Shown in pieces: positions 1 to 9,228 of a stretch of 64,000 bases of DNA. A model generated the notes under the pieces. It saw nothing but the letters and a program-made list of their open reading frames with translations, had not been told where the DNA came from and made no database searches. Every line of letters begins with the position of its first letter. The first letter of the stretch is position 1. A program made the position numbers and the translations under genes. Origin of the DNA: an uncultured delta proteobacterium (GTDB lineage Bacteria; Myxococcota_A; Polyangia; Polyangiales; JAFGIB01); the NCBI GenBank assembly GCA_963778655.1, contig CAVZVA010000009.1:1120001-1184000 (forward strand), written 5' to 3'.

Positions 1-2
1 GC

Positions 3-1040
3 GTGGCTCCCGCGGGGCCGGGCCCCGGTGGAGCGAGTGCCGCGCCGCCGCCGCGCCGCGTCGCGCTCCGCCGAGCGATGCTGCTGCTGCGCATCGTGGT
101 GCCGGTCGGCGCCATCGCTTACCTGCTGTCGATCGTGCCGCTGCGGGACGTGCTCGCCTCGGTCCGGTCGCTGCCGGCGCGCGCGGTCGCGGGCGCGCTG
201 CTCGTGATCGTCGTAAACACCGCGATCGCGACGCTGCGCTGGCGCATCCTGTTCAGCGCGTGCGGCGTCAAGGCCAAGCCTGCTTTTCTGGAGCTGCTGC
301 GGGCTTCCTGGATCGGCGCCTTCTACAACACCTACGTGCCCGGCGGGCTGGGCGGTGAGGTGGTGCGGGCCGTCGCCACCCGCCGCGTGGTCGGCGCGGG
401 TGGCTTGCCGCTGGCGGCGGCGATCGTGTTCCTCGACCGCACGCTGGGCCTGGCGGCGCTGTTCATCCTGGTCGCGGTGAGCTTCTCGCTGTTTCCGCTG
501 CCGGGGCTGCCCAACGTGATGCTGTGGAGCGCGCTGGGGCTGCCGGTGGCCGCGCTGGCGGTGGTGGCGATCGTGAGCGGCCCGCGCCTCGCGGCCTTCT
601 TGCCGCAGCCGCTCGCGCGCGTGGCCGCCGCGCTGCCCACGATCGAATCGTTGCCCCTGTTCGGGGTGGCGCTGCTGATCTCGGTGGTCACCCAGCTCGG
701 CGGGGTGCTGTGCGGGCACCTGGTCATCTCGGGCATCGACGCGCACGTCACGTTCACCGACTCGGTGGTCATCCTGCCGCTGATCAACGCCGCGCAGTAC
801 TTCCCGCTCACCGTGGGCGGCGCCGGCGTGCGCGAAGCTGGCTACGTGGTGCTGTTCGCGCTGGTGCACGTGCGCAAGGCCGACGCGTTGGCTGCGTCGC
901 TGGTGATCGCCGCGCTGCTGTACGTGGCCAACGCCGCCGGCGGCGTGCTGCACGCGCTGCGCCCGCTCACGCTCGAGCAGGAGGCGGAAGGCGCCGCGCC
1001 CGGGGAGCCGATCGTGAAGGCCGCGCCCTCAGAGCCCTAG
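3..1040 (+). CDS. Lysylphosphatidylglycerol synthase TM / flippase-like (UPF0104) membrane protein; start uncertain at window edge
   Basis: Multi-TM protein with RWRIL, FYNTYVPGGLGGEVVR and PLTVGGAGVRE motifs typical of the family. Confidence 0.8.
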   Translation: MAPAGPGPGGASAAPPPRRVALRRAMLLLRIVVPVGAIAYLLSIVPLRDVLASVRSLPARAVAGALLVIVVNTAIATLRWRILFSACGVKAKPAFLELLRASWIGAFYNTYVPGGLGGEVVRAVATRRVVGAGGLPLAAAIVFLDRTLGLAALFILVAVSFSLFPLPGLPNVMLWSALGLPVAALAVVAIVSGPRLAAFLPQPLARVAAALPTIESLPLFGVALLISVVTQLGGVLCGHLVISGIDAHVTFTDSVVILPLINAAQYFPLTVGGAGVREAGYVVLFALVHVRKADALAASLVIAALLYVANAAGGVLHALRPLTLEQEAEGAAPGEPIVKAAPSEP

Positions 1041-2018
1041 CCAGCCGCGCGGCTCGAGCGTGCGGGTGCCCTTGCGGACCTCGAAGAACAGCGCGGGAGG
1101 GGCGTAGTCGGTGCCGATGCTGCCGATGCGCGCCTGGCGTGAGAGATCGTCGCCCACCCGCACCTCGACCGAGCCCAGGCCGCCGTAGACGGTGTAGTAG
1201 CCGTCGCCGTGATCGAGGATCACCAGCCGTCCATAGCTGCCGTAGCGGTCGGAGAACGCCACCCGGCCCGCGGCCACCGCGTGCACCGGGGTGCCGACCG
1301 GCGCCTGGAACTCGAGGCCGGGGCCGTCGCTCTCGGCGCGGCGCCCGTTCACGATGCGCACATCGCCCGTGACCGGGCTGGCGAGGTTGCCGCGCTCGGA
1401 CTCGAAGCTCTGCAGCGGCGCGGGGTCGACCAAGTGCAGGCCGTAGGCGCCGGCTTCGTCAGCCGGCCGATAGGCGGCCGTGCTGGCGCTGGCGTTGATG
1501 CCGGGCAAGCCGCGCGAGCCGCCCGCCGGCGTGCTCTGCAGCATCGCCAGTCGCGCGCGCGCGTCCTGCAGCTCCTTGGCCGCCTTGCCCGCTTCGGCGC
1601 GCAAACCATTGGCGCGGCTCTGCAGCGAGCTCAGGCTGAGCGCCTCCTGCCGCACCACGCGGCGCAGGCGCTTCATCCGCGCCACGTGCCGCAGCGCGGC
1701 GTCCATCCCGCCGATCAGCGGGGCCAGGCCGGCGCGGCTCATGCGGTAGAGCATGCGCACCCGCGCGCGCAGCTCGCGCCGCGTCTGCTGGCGTTTGGCG
1801 GAAAGGTCGGCGACCTCGCGCGCGCAGCGTTCCTTGCGCGCCGTGCTGGCCTCGATCTGGTCGAGCAGGCCCGCGATCTCCACGTCGGTGCTGATCCCGC
1901 CCGCGCTCTGTCCGTGCACGCGGCCGGCCTGACACAGCGCGGCCAGCAGCAGGACCGACAGCACGCGGCGCGCCGACCCTCCGACCGCCTTTGCTCGCTC
2001 GCCGTGGCGCTGCGTCAT
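1029..2018 (-). CDS. EnvC-like murein hydrolase activator (coiled coil + M23/LytM domain)
   Basis: Signal-like N-terminus, coiled coil, C-terminal YGRLVILDHGDGYYTVYG...LFFEVRKG with degenerate Zn ligands; directly downstream of ftsEX. Confidence 0.85.
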   Translation of the reverse strand: MTQRHGERAKAVGGSARRVLSVLLLAALCQAGRVHGQSAGGISTDVEIAGLLDQIEASTARKERCAREVADLSAKRQQTRRELRARVRMLYRMSRAGLAPLIGGMDAALRHVARMKRLRRVVRQEALSLSSLQSRANGLRAEAGKAAKELQDARARLAMLQSTPAGGSRGLPGINASASTAAYRPADEAGAYGLHLVDPAPLQSFESERGNLASPVTGDVRIVNGRRAESDGPGLEFQAPVGTPVHAVAAGRVAFSDRYGSYGRLVILDHGDGYYTVYGGLGSVEVRVGDDLSRQARIGSIGTDYAPPALFFEVRKGTRTLEPRGWLGL

Positions 2019-2028
2019 GCCGCTGCCT

Positions 2029-2910
2029 CTATACCTGCAGGTAGCGACGCAGCGATAGCGCGCTGCCGAGCGCGCCCATCATGCCGCCGCCGATGACGAT
2101 GCACAGGGCCGAGAGCGGATCGAGAAACACCGTACGCACGTGGGTGACTGCGCCCAGCGCGCCCTCGACATAGCCGCGCATGCTCAGATACAGGATGAGC
2201 AGCAGCAGCAGCGAGGTCAGCGCCGCGGCCATCGCCTGCAGGCTGCCCTCGATCACGAACGGGCTGCGCACGAAGCCATCGGTCGCACCGCACAGCTTGA
2301 GCACCTCGATCTCGCCTTTGCGGTTCGCCACGGCGAGCCGGATGGTGTTGCCGATGATCGCCAGCACGCAGATCACGACCAGCATCGCCAGCATCGCCAC
2401 CAGCGACTTGCCGGCGGACACCAGCGTGCCCATGCGCGCGAACCAGTCGTGATAGGTCTCGACGTCGTCGACCGCTCCGAAGCGACGCACGCGCTGGGCG
2501 ATCTGGCCCACGCGCGCTGCGGCCACCTGCGGCCGCAGTGTGACCTCGAGCGAGGCGGGGAAGGCGTCCGCCGGAAGCGCTCCGGCCTGCGCGCCGAGGT
2601 CGGCCTGGTCGGCGAACTCCTTGCGCGCGTCGGCGGCGCTCACGTAGTGCACCTGCTGCGCGTCGGGCAGGCTCTCCAGCACCAGCTTGAGCTGGGACAC
2701 GTCACCCTCGCGGGCGCCGTCCTTGAGGTAGATCGTCAGGTGCTGCGCGCCGCGCCAGCGCTCGGCCACGCGGCTCAGGTTGTGGACGCTGAGCAACGCG
2801 GCGCCCAGGCACAGGAAGGCCACGACCAGGCTCGCCACCGCGACCACGTGCAGCCGCAGGTCGTCCCGAAGGCCCCGTTTCGCTCGCGACACCGCAGTCC
2901 AGATGTCCAT
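2029..2910 (-). CDS. ftsX: Cell division permease FtsX
   Basis: ATG 2910 (MDIWTAVS...), 4-TM layout, IIGNTIRLAV...EIEVLKLCGAT.GFVRSPFVIEG. Confidence 0.9.
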   Translation of the reverse strand: MDIWTAVSRAKRGLRDDLRLHVVAVASLVVAFLCLGAALLSVHNLSRVAERWRGAQHLTIYLKDGAREGDVSQLKLVLESLPDAQQVHYVSAADARKEFADQADLGAQAGALPADAFPASLEVTLRPQVAAARVGQIAQRVRRFGAVDDVETYHDWFARMGTLVSAGKSLVAMLAMLVVICVLAIIGNTIRLAVANRKGEIEVLKLCGATDGFVRSPFVIEGSLQAMAAALTSLLLLLILYLSMRGYVEGALGAVTHVRTVFLDPLSALCIVIGGGMMGALGSALSLRRYLQV

Positions 2911-2921
2911 CGCTTCGTCCC

Positions 2922-3704
2922 TCAGGCGCTCAGCTGCGTGCGCGCGGACCAGGCGCGCAGCCCCTGGCTGGCTTCGATCAGCCGCCCATCGTCGATCACC
3001 ACCAGCCGGTGCGGCGAGGTGGACAAGAGCGAGTGGTCGTGGGTGGCGAACAGCACGGTGGTGCCGGCCTCGTTGATCTCCTCGAACAGCGTGAGGATGT
3101 CGATCGCGAGCGTCGGGTCGAGGTTTCCGGTCGGCTCGTCGGCCAGCAGCAGCGCGGGCTCGGTCACGATCGCGCGTCCGATCGCGACTCGCTGCTGTTC
3201 GCCGCCCGAGAGGTGCTCGACGCGCTCGGGGCCGCGCCCGGCGAGGCCCACGCGCTCCAGCGCTTCGGCCACGCGCCCTCGCACCAGCCGTGGCGGCGTG
3301 CCGAGGATCTCGAGCGAGACGGCGACGTTCTCGTAGACGGTCCAGTGCGGCACGATCTTGAAGTCCTGAAACACGATCCCGAGATTGCGGCGCAGGAACG
3401 GCACCGAGCGATCGGTCAAACGCGAAATATCGCGACCGCTGAACTGGATGCGCCCGCCGTCGACCGTGTGCTGGCGATAGATCAGCTGCAGCAACGTGCT
3501 CTTGCCCGAGCCGCTCGGGCCGGTGACGAACACGAACTCGCCGCGCTCCACCACCAGGTTGACTGCGCGCAGCGTGGGGATGTCGCGGCGGAAGTACTTG
3601 TAGACGTCCTCCAGCACCAGCAGCGGGCGGTTTGCGCCCTCGCTGCGGATGCGGTGCTGGGACTGGGAGCGACGGCCGGCCGAGGAGGGGGGGCGCGGTA
3701 GCAT
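2922..3704 (-). CDS. ftsE: Cell division ATP-binding protein FtsE (start approximate)
   Basis: Walker A GPSGSGKS, GIVFQDFK, LSGGEQQR, ADEPTGNLD; upstream of ftsX. Confidence 0.92.
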   Translation of the reverse strand: MLPRPPSSAGRRSQSQHRIRSEGANRPLLVLEDVYKYFRRDIPTLRAVNLVVERGEFVFVTGPSGSGKSTLLQLIYRQHTVDGGRIQFSGRDISRLTDRSVPFLRRNLGIVFQDFKIVPHWTVYENVAVSLEILGTPPRLVRGRVAEALERVGLAGRGPERVEHLSGGEQQRVAIGRAIVTEPALLLADEPTGNLDPTLAIDILTLFEEINEAGTTVLFATHDHSLLSTSPHRLVVIDDGRLIEASQGLRAWSARTQLSA

Positions 3705-3995
3705 GCGACAGAGGTACAGCGGGTCGACTCGGGCGGCAAAAAAACGGCGGTACCCGGCGGCGGCGCCCAAGCGCTGGCAACTTCGGGCAGTTGCGCGCCG
3801 TCCTGAGGCGGCGGAGCGCCCTTCGCACAAGCTCGCAGTCCGTGCTGAAGAGGCGGATAGCAGGGCACAGTGTCCGCCAAAAATGCAGCATTCTAGCTGC
3901 ATTGCTCTTTTCAGCCAGGTGCGTTGTAGCTACAGTCTATTGTTACAGCCCATCGGGTGGTGGGTGCAGACGCTAGCTGCAGGGGTGCTGATCGT

Positions 3996-6689
3996 ATGAA
4001 GTACGTACGGGAGTTGATTCACCAGGGCTGTCCGGGGGTTCTGTTCTGGCTCGCGCCGCTGGCGCTGGCCGCAGGTTGTTCGGGGGCCCCGGACAGCCAG
4101 GTTTCCGGTGAGCAAGCCGCGCTGGGTGGCTGGCACCACCATGGCGGGGGCGGATCAGGCGGCGCGTGCGTGGCGCGTGACTCGGCCGACACCACCTGCG
4201 ACGGCGTCGACGACGACTGCGACGGCAAGATCGACGAGGATTGCGACTTCGGTCCGTCCGACTGTCCGGCGGGCTACAACATCATCACCGGGACCGCGCA
4301 CGACGACTTCCTGGTCGGCACGCGCAAGAAGGACTGCATCCTCGGCTACGGCGGCCGCGACGTCATCTTCGGCCTTGCGGGCGATGACCTGCTGGTCGGC
4401 GGGCCCGGCGACGACCTGATCTACGGCTGGCAGGGCGACGACGTCATCCACGGCGGGCCCGGCGACGACCAGCTGTACGGCGGCGAGGGCAACGACACCA
4501 TTTACGGTGACGACGGCAACGACACCATCGACGGTGGCGAGGGCCGTGACACGGTGCACGGCGGCGCCTGCCACGACACGCTGGTCGGCGACGGCGGCCC
4601 CGACGACCTGTTCGGTGACAGCGGCTCCGACCGTATCTACGGCGGGCGCGGTCACGACAACATCGACGGCGGCGACGGCGTGGACGCCTGCGAGGGCAGC
4701 TCGTGCGAGCTTTCCTCCCACGCGCACCGCTGCCGGCGCGACTCCGACTGCGCCTCCGGCACGCGCTGCGTCAAGGCCGTGGGCCTGTGCGTGTCGCCCT
4801 CGGACGTCGCCTTCGACGATACGACCTGCGACGGCGTCGACGACGACTGCGACGGCAAGATCGACGAGGACTGCACGCCCGGGACCGGCACCGACGAGAC
4901 TTGCGACGGCGTCGACGACGACAACGACGGCCAGATCGACGAGGACTACGTCTCGGTCGCGACCAGCTGCGGCATGGGCGCGTGCGCGGCCACCGGCAGC
5001 ACCAGCTGCGTCGGGGGCGCGGTCGTGGACAGCTGTGCGCCGGGAACGCCCGCGGCGGACGACGCCAGCTGCAATGGCGTCGACGACGACTGCGATGGCA
5101 ACGTCGACGAAGAGTTCGCTCCGACCGTGACCAGCTGCGGCGTAGGCGCGTGCGCCAGCACCGGCAGCACCAGCTGCGTGGGCGGCGTGCTCAGCGACAG
5201 CTGCGCGCCGGGCACGCCGGCCGCGAGCGACACCACCTGCGACGGCATCGACGACAACTGCGACGGCACCGCGGACGAGGGCTATGCCCCGGTGGTGACG
5301 ACCTGCGGCGTGGGCGCGTGCGCCAGCACCGGCAGCACCAGCTGCGTGGGTGGTGCCGTGGTGGACAGCTGCAGCCCGGGCACGCCCGGTGGCAGCGACA
5401 CCACCTGCGACGGGATCGACGACAACTGCAACGGTCAGGTCGACGAAGGCTACGTCGGCACCACCACGACCTGCGGCGTGGGCGCGTGCCAGCGCGTGGG
5501 CAGCACCAGCTGCATGGGCGGCGCCGTGGTGGACAGCTGCACGCCGGGTACCCCCGCGCCGAACGACGCCACCTGCGACGGCGTGGACGACAACTGCAAC
5601 GGCGTCAGCGACGAGGACTACGTCCCGACCTGCGTCGGCACCCAGAGCACGTTCTGCTCGGGTGGCAGCGTGCAGACGGTGGAGTGCAGTGACAACGACG
5701 TGTGCAACGGGCAGGAGACCTGCAGCGCGGGCCTGTGCCAGGCGGGCACGCCGCCGGTCATCGACGACGGCGAACCGTGCACCGTCGACAGCTGCGACCC
5801 GGTGCTCGGCGTGAGCCACGTGCACGCGTCGCCAGGCGCCTCGTGCAGCGATGGCAATGTGTGCAACGGTGCCGAGACGTGCCAGCCACCCCACGCGCAG
5901 ATCTGCGCGCCCACGGTGGGCGGGGTGGTCGCGTGGTGGCCGGGCGATGGCAACGCCGACGACGTGATCGGCGGGCTCAACGGCACGCCGCAGAACGGCC
6001 TCACCTTCGCGGCTGCAGAGGTGGACCAGGGCTTCAGCTTCGATGGCGTGGACGACCAGGTCGACCTGTCGGCGCACGCCGCGGCGCTGAACCTCGCGGG
6101 TCAGGCGACGCTCGAGATGTGGGTACGCATTCCGACCGACACCTGCCGCACCATCTTCCACCTGAGCCAGGACGCGACCCACGAGCAGTACCTGCGCGTG
6201 GGCAACGGCTGCGGCGTCACCAACTCGCTGGTGATGTGGACCTACGTCAACGGCGGCACCACCCAGACCGCCACCGTGACTGCCTCCGGCTCGGGGCGCT
6301 CGGTCCTGATCGACCCGGGGCGCTTCCACCACCTGGCCCTCACCTTCAGCGGCAGCGGCGCTGTTCCGCTGGTCTACATCGATGGAATGCCGCGCACCGC
6401 CGGTGCGTCGCCGGGCACCACCGCCGCCGGCCAGTGGGGCGGTTTCCCGAGCCCGGTCACCGCGACCCTCGGCTCGCACTCCGGCACGCAGTACTTCCAG
6501 GGCATGATGGATGAGATCACGCTCTACGATCACGTGCTGACCCAGTCGCAGATCCAGCTCATCTACAACGTGTTCGGCGGCGGCAAGTGCAAGCCCACCG
6601 TGTGCACCGCCGGCTCGCCACCCGGAGCCGGCTATCCCTGCGGCAACGGCGGCCAGTGCGACGGCGCCAGCATGTGCATCGAGCCGTGA
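3996..6689 (+). CDS. Cys-rich surface lipoprotein: CDGxDDDCDG repeats, RTX-like Ca-binding repeats, C-terminal LamG-like domain
   Basis: Lipobox LALAAGC; GGxGDDxLxG nonapeptides; ~55-aa Cys repeats; FSFDGVDD...HHLALTF...FQGMMDEI LamG signature. Confidence 0.8.
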   Translation: MKYVRELIHQGCPGVLFWLAPLALAAGCSGAPDSQVSGEQAALGGWHHHGGGGSGGACVARDSADTTCDGVDDDCDGKIDEDCDFGPSDCPAGYNIITGTAHDDFLVGTRKKDCILGYGGRDVIFGLAGDDLLVGGPGDDLIYGWQGDDVIHGGPGDDQLYGGEGNDTIYGDDGNDTIDGGEGRDTVHGGACHDTLVGDGGPDDLFGDSGSDRIYGGRGHDNIDGGDGVDACEGSSCELSSHAHRCRRDSDCASGTRCVKAVGLCVSPSDVAFDDTTCDGVDDDCDGKIDEDCTPGTGTDETCDGVDDDNDGQIDEDYVSVATSCGMGACAATGSTSCVGGAVVDSCAPGTPAADDASCNGVDDDCDGNVDEEFAPTVTSCGVGACASTGSTSCVGGVLSDSCAPGTPAASDTTCDGIDDNCDGTADEGYAPVVTTCGVGACASTGSTSCVGGAVVDSCSPGTPGGSDTTCDGIDDNCNGQVDEGYVGTTTTCGVGACQRVGSTSCMGGAVVDSCTPGTPAPNDATCDGVDDNCNGVSDEDYVPTCVGTQSTFCSGGSVQTVECSDNDVCNGQETCSAGLCQAGTPPVIDDGEPCTVDSCDPVLGVSHVHASPGASCSDGNVCNGAETCQPPHAQICAPTVGGVVAWWPGDGNADDVIGGLNGTPQNGLTFAAAEVDQGFSFDGVDDQVDLSAHAAALNLAGQATLEMWVRIPTDTCRTIFHLSQDATHEQYLRVGNGCGVTNSLVMWTYVNGGTTQTATVTASGSGRSVLIDPGRFHHLALTFSGSGAVPLVYIDGMPRTAGASPGTTAAGQWGGFPSPVTATLGSHSGTQYFQGMMDEITLYDHVLTQSQIQLIYNVFGGGKCKPTVCTAGSPPGAGYPCGNGGQCDGASMCIEP
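4960..5625 (+). repeat. Intragenic tandem array, ~4 copies of a ~165-bp (55-aa) Cys-rich unit
   Basis: T(S/T)CG(M/V)GAC..(T/V)GSTSC(V/M)GG...DSC.PGTP...D..C.G.DD.C.G..DE repeated four times. Confidence 0.85.
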
Positions 6690-6772
6690 CGTGGATCGGC
6701 TCCTGCGGGAGCCGACGGCGCGAGGACGGGAAGCAGCGGTGACGACCGCCTGCTGCTTCCCGGCTTCGCTTT

Positions 6773-8080
6773 TCAGGCCAGGAACGCGTCGAGCACCTTC
6801 TGCATCGAGCCGACGTCCGCGGTGGCGGCCATCTCGCGCACCGAGTGCATCGACAGCAGTGGGCTGCCGACGTCGACCGTGCGTAGGCCCACGCGTCCGG
6901 CGGTGATCGGTCCGATCGTGCTGCCGCAGGCCAGGTCCGAGCGGCTGACGAAGTACTGCGGCGTGACGCCCACCGAGCGGCACAGCAGCGCGAAGCGGCT
7001 GATCGTCTCTGCGTCGCTGGCGTAGGCCTGGGCCGCGTTGCTCTTGATCACTGGGCCCTTGCCTAGCAGCGGGCGGTGCCCGGGCTCGTGCTTCTCCGCG
7101 TAGTTGGGGTGCAGGGCGTGGGCCATGTCGGCGGAGATCAGCAGCGAGCGTGCGACCGCGCGCGCCAGCGCCTCGGGCGCGCCGGCGATCCTGCCGAGCA
7201 GGTCGTGCAAGAAGGGCGACATCGCGCCCTGCGCGCTCTGGCTGCCCACCTCCTCGTGGTCGTAGAGCACGATGCCGCGGGTCTCGGCGCGCGCGGCCGT
7301 CGCGCCGCACAGCGCCCGCACCGCGGCGTAGCAGCTGGCGAGGTTGTCGAGCCGCGGCGCCAGGATCAGCTCATCGTCAAGGCCCGCCAGGGTGGCCGGT
7401 TGGACGTCGTAAAGGCACAGGTCGAAGGCGACCACCCGCGCCGGATCGCAGTCGACTCCGGCCCGCTGCAGCTCGGCGCAGAGCAGCGACGCGAGTCTCG
7501 GCTCGCGCCCGGGCTGCTCGGCTTCGAGCCCGAGAATCGGCACCATGTGGGTCTGCGCATTGAGCTTGAGCCCTTCGCTGTTGACGCCGCGGTTGAGGTG
7601 AATCGCCAGGTTGGGAATCCGCAGCAAGGGCCGTCGGAAGTCGACCAGGTGGCTCCTACCACTCGCCGTGCCGTCGTCGATCACCACGCGGCCGGCGAGC
7701 GAGAGGTCGCGATCGAGCCAGGTGTGGAGCAGCAAGCCGCCGTAGGGCTCCACCGCGAGCTGGTGGTAGCCGCAGCTGGTGATCTCGGGCTGCGGCTTGA
7801 CCCTCAGGTTGGGGGAGTCGGTGTGCGCGCCGATCAGCAGGAAGCCGGCCTCGGCCGGCGGCTTTTCGCCGAGCACGAAGGCTGCCAAGCTGGATCCCGC
7901 CCGGATCACGTAGAAGCGTCCGGGAACGCTCAGGGACCAGGAGTCGCTCTCGCGCAGGCGCACGAAGCCGTGCGCTTCCAGCCGGCGGGCCACCTCCGCC
8001 ACCGCGTGATACGGGGTCGGCGAGGCGTCGATCAGCGCGAGCAGATCGTGAGCGGGATTCGACGGGCTGGTGTCGGGCAT
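6773..8080 (-). CDS. M18 family (aspartyl) aminopeptidase
   Basis: GAHTDSP, RLDNL, DHEEVGS, SADMAHA, CGSTIGP, MHSVRE. Confidence 0.92.
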   Translation of the reverse strand: MPDTSPSNPAHDLLALIDASPTPYHAVAEVARRLEAHGFVRLRESDSWSLSVPGRFYVIRAGSSLAAFVLGEKPPAEAGFLLIGAHTDSPNLRVKPQPEITSCGYHQLAVEPYGGLLLHTWLDRDLSLAGRVVIDDGTASGRSHLVDFRRPLLRIPNLAIHLNRGVNSEGLKLNAQTHMVPILGLEAEQPGREPRLASLLCAELQRAGVDCDPARVVAFDLCLYDVQPATLAGLDDELILAPRLDNLASCYAAVRALCGATAARAETRGIVLYDHEEVGSQSAQGAMSPFLHDLLGRIAGAPEALARAVARSLLISADMAHALHPNYAEKHEPGHRPLLGKGPVIKSNAAQAYASDAETISRFALLCRSVGVTPQYFVSRSDLACGSTIGPITAGRVGLRTVDVGSPLLSMHSVREMAATADVGSMQKVLDAFLA

Positions 8081-8240
8081 GGGGCGAGCATATGCGCTTC
8101 CGGCGTGCGCTTCGCGAGCCGGCGGCGCGCTGGGGTCCGCGCTGTAGCTTTTCGCCTCGGATGGGCGGTTCCTCACATGCGGCCTAGGGCCGGCGCGGTT
8201 TCTGGGTTATACAGAGCGCCCAATTCGAAGGAGTGATGCA

Positions 8241-9056
8241 ATGCCCAGCTTGGCCGCCTTGCTTCTGGCCACGCCGGTGTTCGGCTTTGCGCTGCAGCCG
8301 CCGAGCATCCAGCCGATGCTCGACTTCGGCGTTCACGGGATCGCCGCTGATGTGCGCAGCGTCGCTGCGGCCAGCCTGCAGGCCGCGGACGCGACGGCCG
8401 CCGGTGCCTCGGCCGACGCAGACGCCGACGAAGACGCGTCCTCATCCGGCGACGCTGCGAAAGCGGACGACGCCAAGGGCGGCGATGCCAAGGCCGACGA
8501 CGCCAAGGCCGAGCGCGCGCGCTACAAGGAGGAAGTCCACCGGCGCAACGCCCTGATCGCGATCCACCGGCCGCTCGGAATCGCCACCTGGGCTGCCATG
8601 ACCGTAACCGAAGTGCTTGGATTCATTCAGTATTATAACTTGTACGGATTCTTCGCGAGCGAGGGCAGCAACCCCTGCGTACGCGGGACCGCGGTCTTCG
8701 GCCAGAGCCAGTGCACGGGCATACCGTGGCCGCACCTGCTGGCGGCCAGCGTGACCACGGGGTTGTACGCGACGACCTTCACCGTCTCGCTGATGATGCC
8801 CGACCCCGACGACCTCGCGCACGCCAAGGGCGAGTTCGCCAGCACCTTGCGCATGCACAAGCTGCTGCGCTGGGTCCACTTCGGTGGGATGGTGGCGCAG
8901 CTGCTGCTGGGCGTCGTGATCGCGAACGCCAACTGGTTCGGCCTGAGTCGGGCCAATGACTACAAGACGCTGCAGGCGCTCGCCACCGTTCACCTAGGCA
9001 CCGGCCTGGTTACCTACGGCGCGCTGACGTGGGCCGGCGCGCTGATGACCTTCTGA
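8241..9056 (+). CDS. Hypothetical membrane protein (acidic linker + 4 His-containing TM helices)
   Basis: SD-like AAGGAG upstream; hydrophobic segments each with His; high GC3. Confidence 0.7.
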   Translation: MPSLAALLLATPVFGFALQPPSIQPMLDFGVHGIAADVRSVAAASLQAADATAAGASADADADEDASSSGDAAKADDAKGGDAKADDAKAERARYKEEVHRRNALIAIHRPLGIATWAAMTVTEVLGFIQYYNLYGFFASEGSNPCVRGTAVFGQSQCTGIPWPHLLAASVTTGLYATTFTVSLMMPDPDDLAHAKGEFASTLRMHKLLRWVHFGGMVAQLLLGVVIANANWFGLSRANDYKTLQALATVHLGTGLVTYGALTWAGALMTF

Positions 9057-9228
9057 GCCGCGAATCGGCCGCGCGAGCACCGCGCCGCGCCAGGTTTCTC
9101 GTGGACAATTCTCCGCTTGCCGCGCGCGTTTCGCGCCGGTACCATCGCCGAACGCCAAGCCGGCAAATCCATTGGGGATTGTCGCCGGGTTGAGACCTCG
9201 GGGAGCTGTGGCGAACTCGCCTTCGGAC

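Noticed and set aside
4190..5625. Near-identical repeats as a possible DGR template/variable pair
   Set aside because: No reverse transcriptase in the window; repeats are in-frame protein modules
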